Made by a program: the position numbers and the translations under genes. A stretch of 20,000 bases of DNA from Catajapyx aquilonaris. Its lineage: Eukaryota. The stretch spans positions 61,093 through 81,092 of the forward strand of contig KZ538342.1 of assembly GCA_000934665.2 (NCBI GenBank), given 5' to 3'. The notes under the pieces were generated by a model. The model saw only the letters and a list, made by a program, of their open reading frames with translations. It was not told the origin of the DNA and did not search any database. This document shows positions 19,415 to 20,000 of the stretch, one piece after another (the first letter of the stretch is position 1; every line of letters starts with the position of its first letter).

Positions 19415-20000
19415 CTAAAGAGAAAGAATCAACCTGTTAGTTTCATCAAATTCATTTCGACATCCATTGGCGGTCCTCACTCAAGTCCTGTAATAGCGCA
19501 GATGTACATTAATATAAGTAACAAGTAATTATTCACTTCTCCAATAACTCAGAATCTCGAGCATGGTTAGAGAGCACTTCAAAAGATAAGCCACAACAGT
19601 AAGAATGAAATCTGCCAAAGTTAATTCTCTCTTGGCGTTCTGGGTTTTTTAGTGCCTTCTGATGGTTATATGCAGAGGTATAGTAAAAACCCAGAGCGGA
19701 GAGATCACACCACGGGTATCTGTGTATCTCTGCCAGTACTCTTCAATATTTACACAGATGTTCACTATATATACCGCCACAAATACCCACTTTCTGACCT
19801 GCATGTCTATATAGACCGACGTTCTTATAGCCTTTTCATTGCCATGGACCTCTTCGGAAAAATGTGAACACTCGGGACCTCTTCTAGCGTAATAAATAAT
19901 AATAATTCTAATGACTTGGCGCAGAGACTAGGCATACTGTAATTTCGAAGTAGTCATAAGTTTCAGTTCCCTGCAATTGTAATGTGGTATGAAGGATTTG

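Noticed and set aside
1..20000. Prokaryotic-type systems (CRISPR array, operon, defence island)
   Set aside because: The sequence is intron-containing eukaryotic DNA, with no regularly spaced direct repeats and no operon-like ORFs.

Overview
Eukaryotic genomic DNA, most likely an arthropod (probably an insect): spliceosomal GT-AG introns, many only 61-78 nt, and a DRE promoter motif. Four genes were reconstructed by hand from splice sites. (1) A sorting nexin SNX20/21-like gene (PX plus helical PXB domain) on the minus strand. (2) Divergent from it, a BTB/POZ + 8 C2H2 zinc-finger gene on the plus strand. (3) Convergent with that, a complete 8-exon SLC7 L-type amino-acid transporter light chain (about 486 aa, JhI-21/LAT-like) on the minus strand. 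(4) The 3' exons of a second, tandem SLC7 paralog (minidiscs-like). Introns and UTRs hold many small mobile elements: three pogo/Tigger-type MITEs, a palindromic CAGGGTG-ended Tc1/mariner-type MITE, a full-length tRNA-derived SINE with a perfect 16-bp target-site duplication, a ~240-bp inverted repeat pair around a nested hairpin element, and an 84-nt near-perfect intronic hairpin. I found no convincing wholly new multi-gene system. The best leads are the structured intronic elements, a candidate BTB-only isoform exon, unusual residues and a sorting motif in the SLC7 protein, and a sharp CpG (methylation-footprint) contrast across the window.
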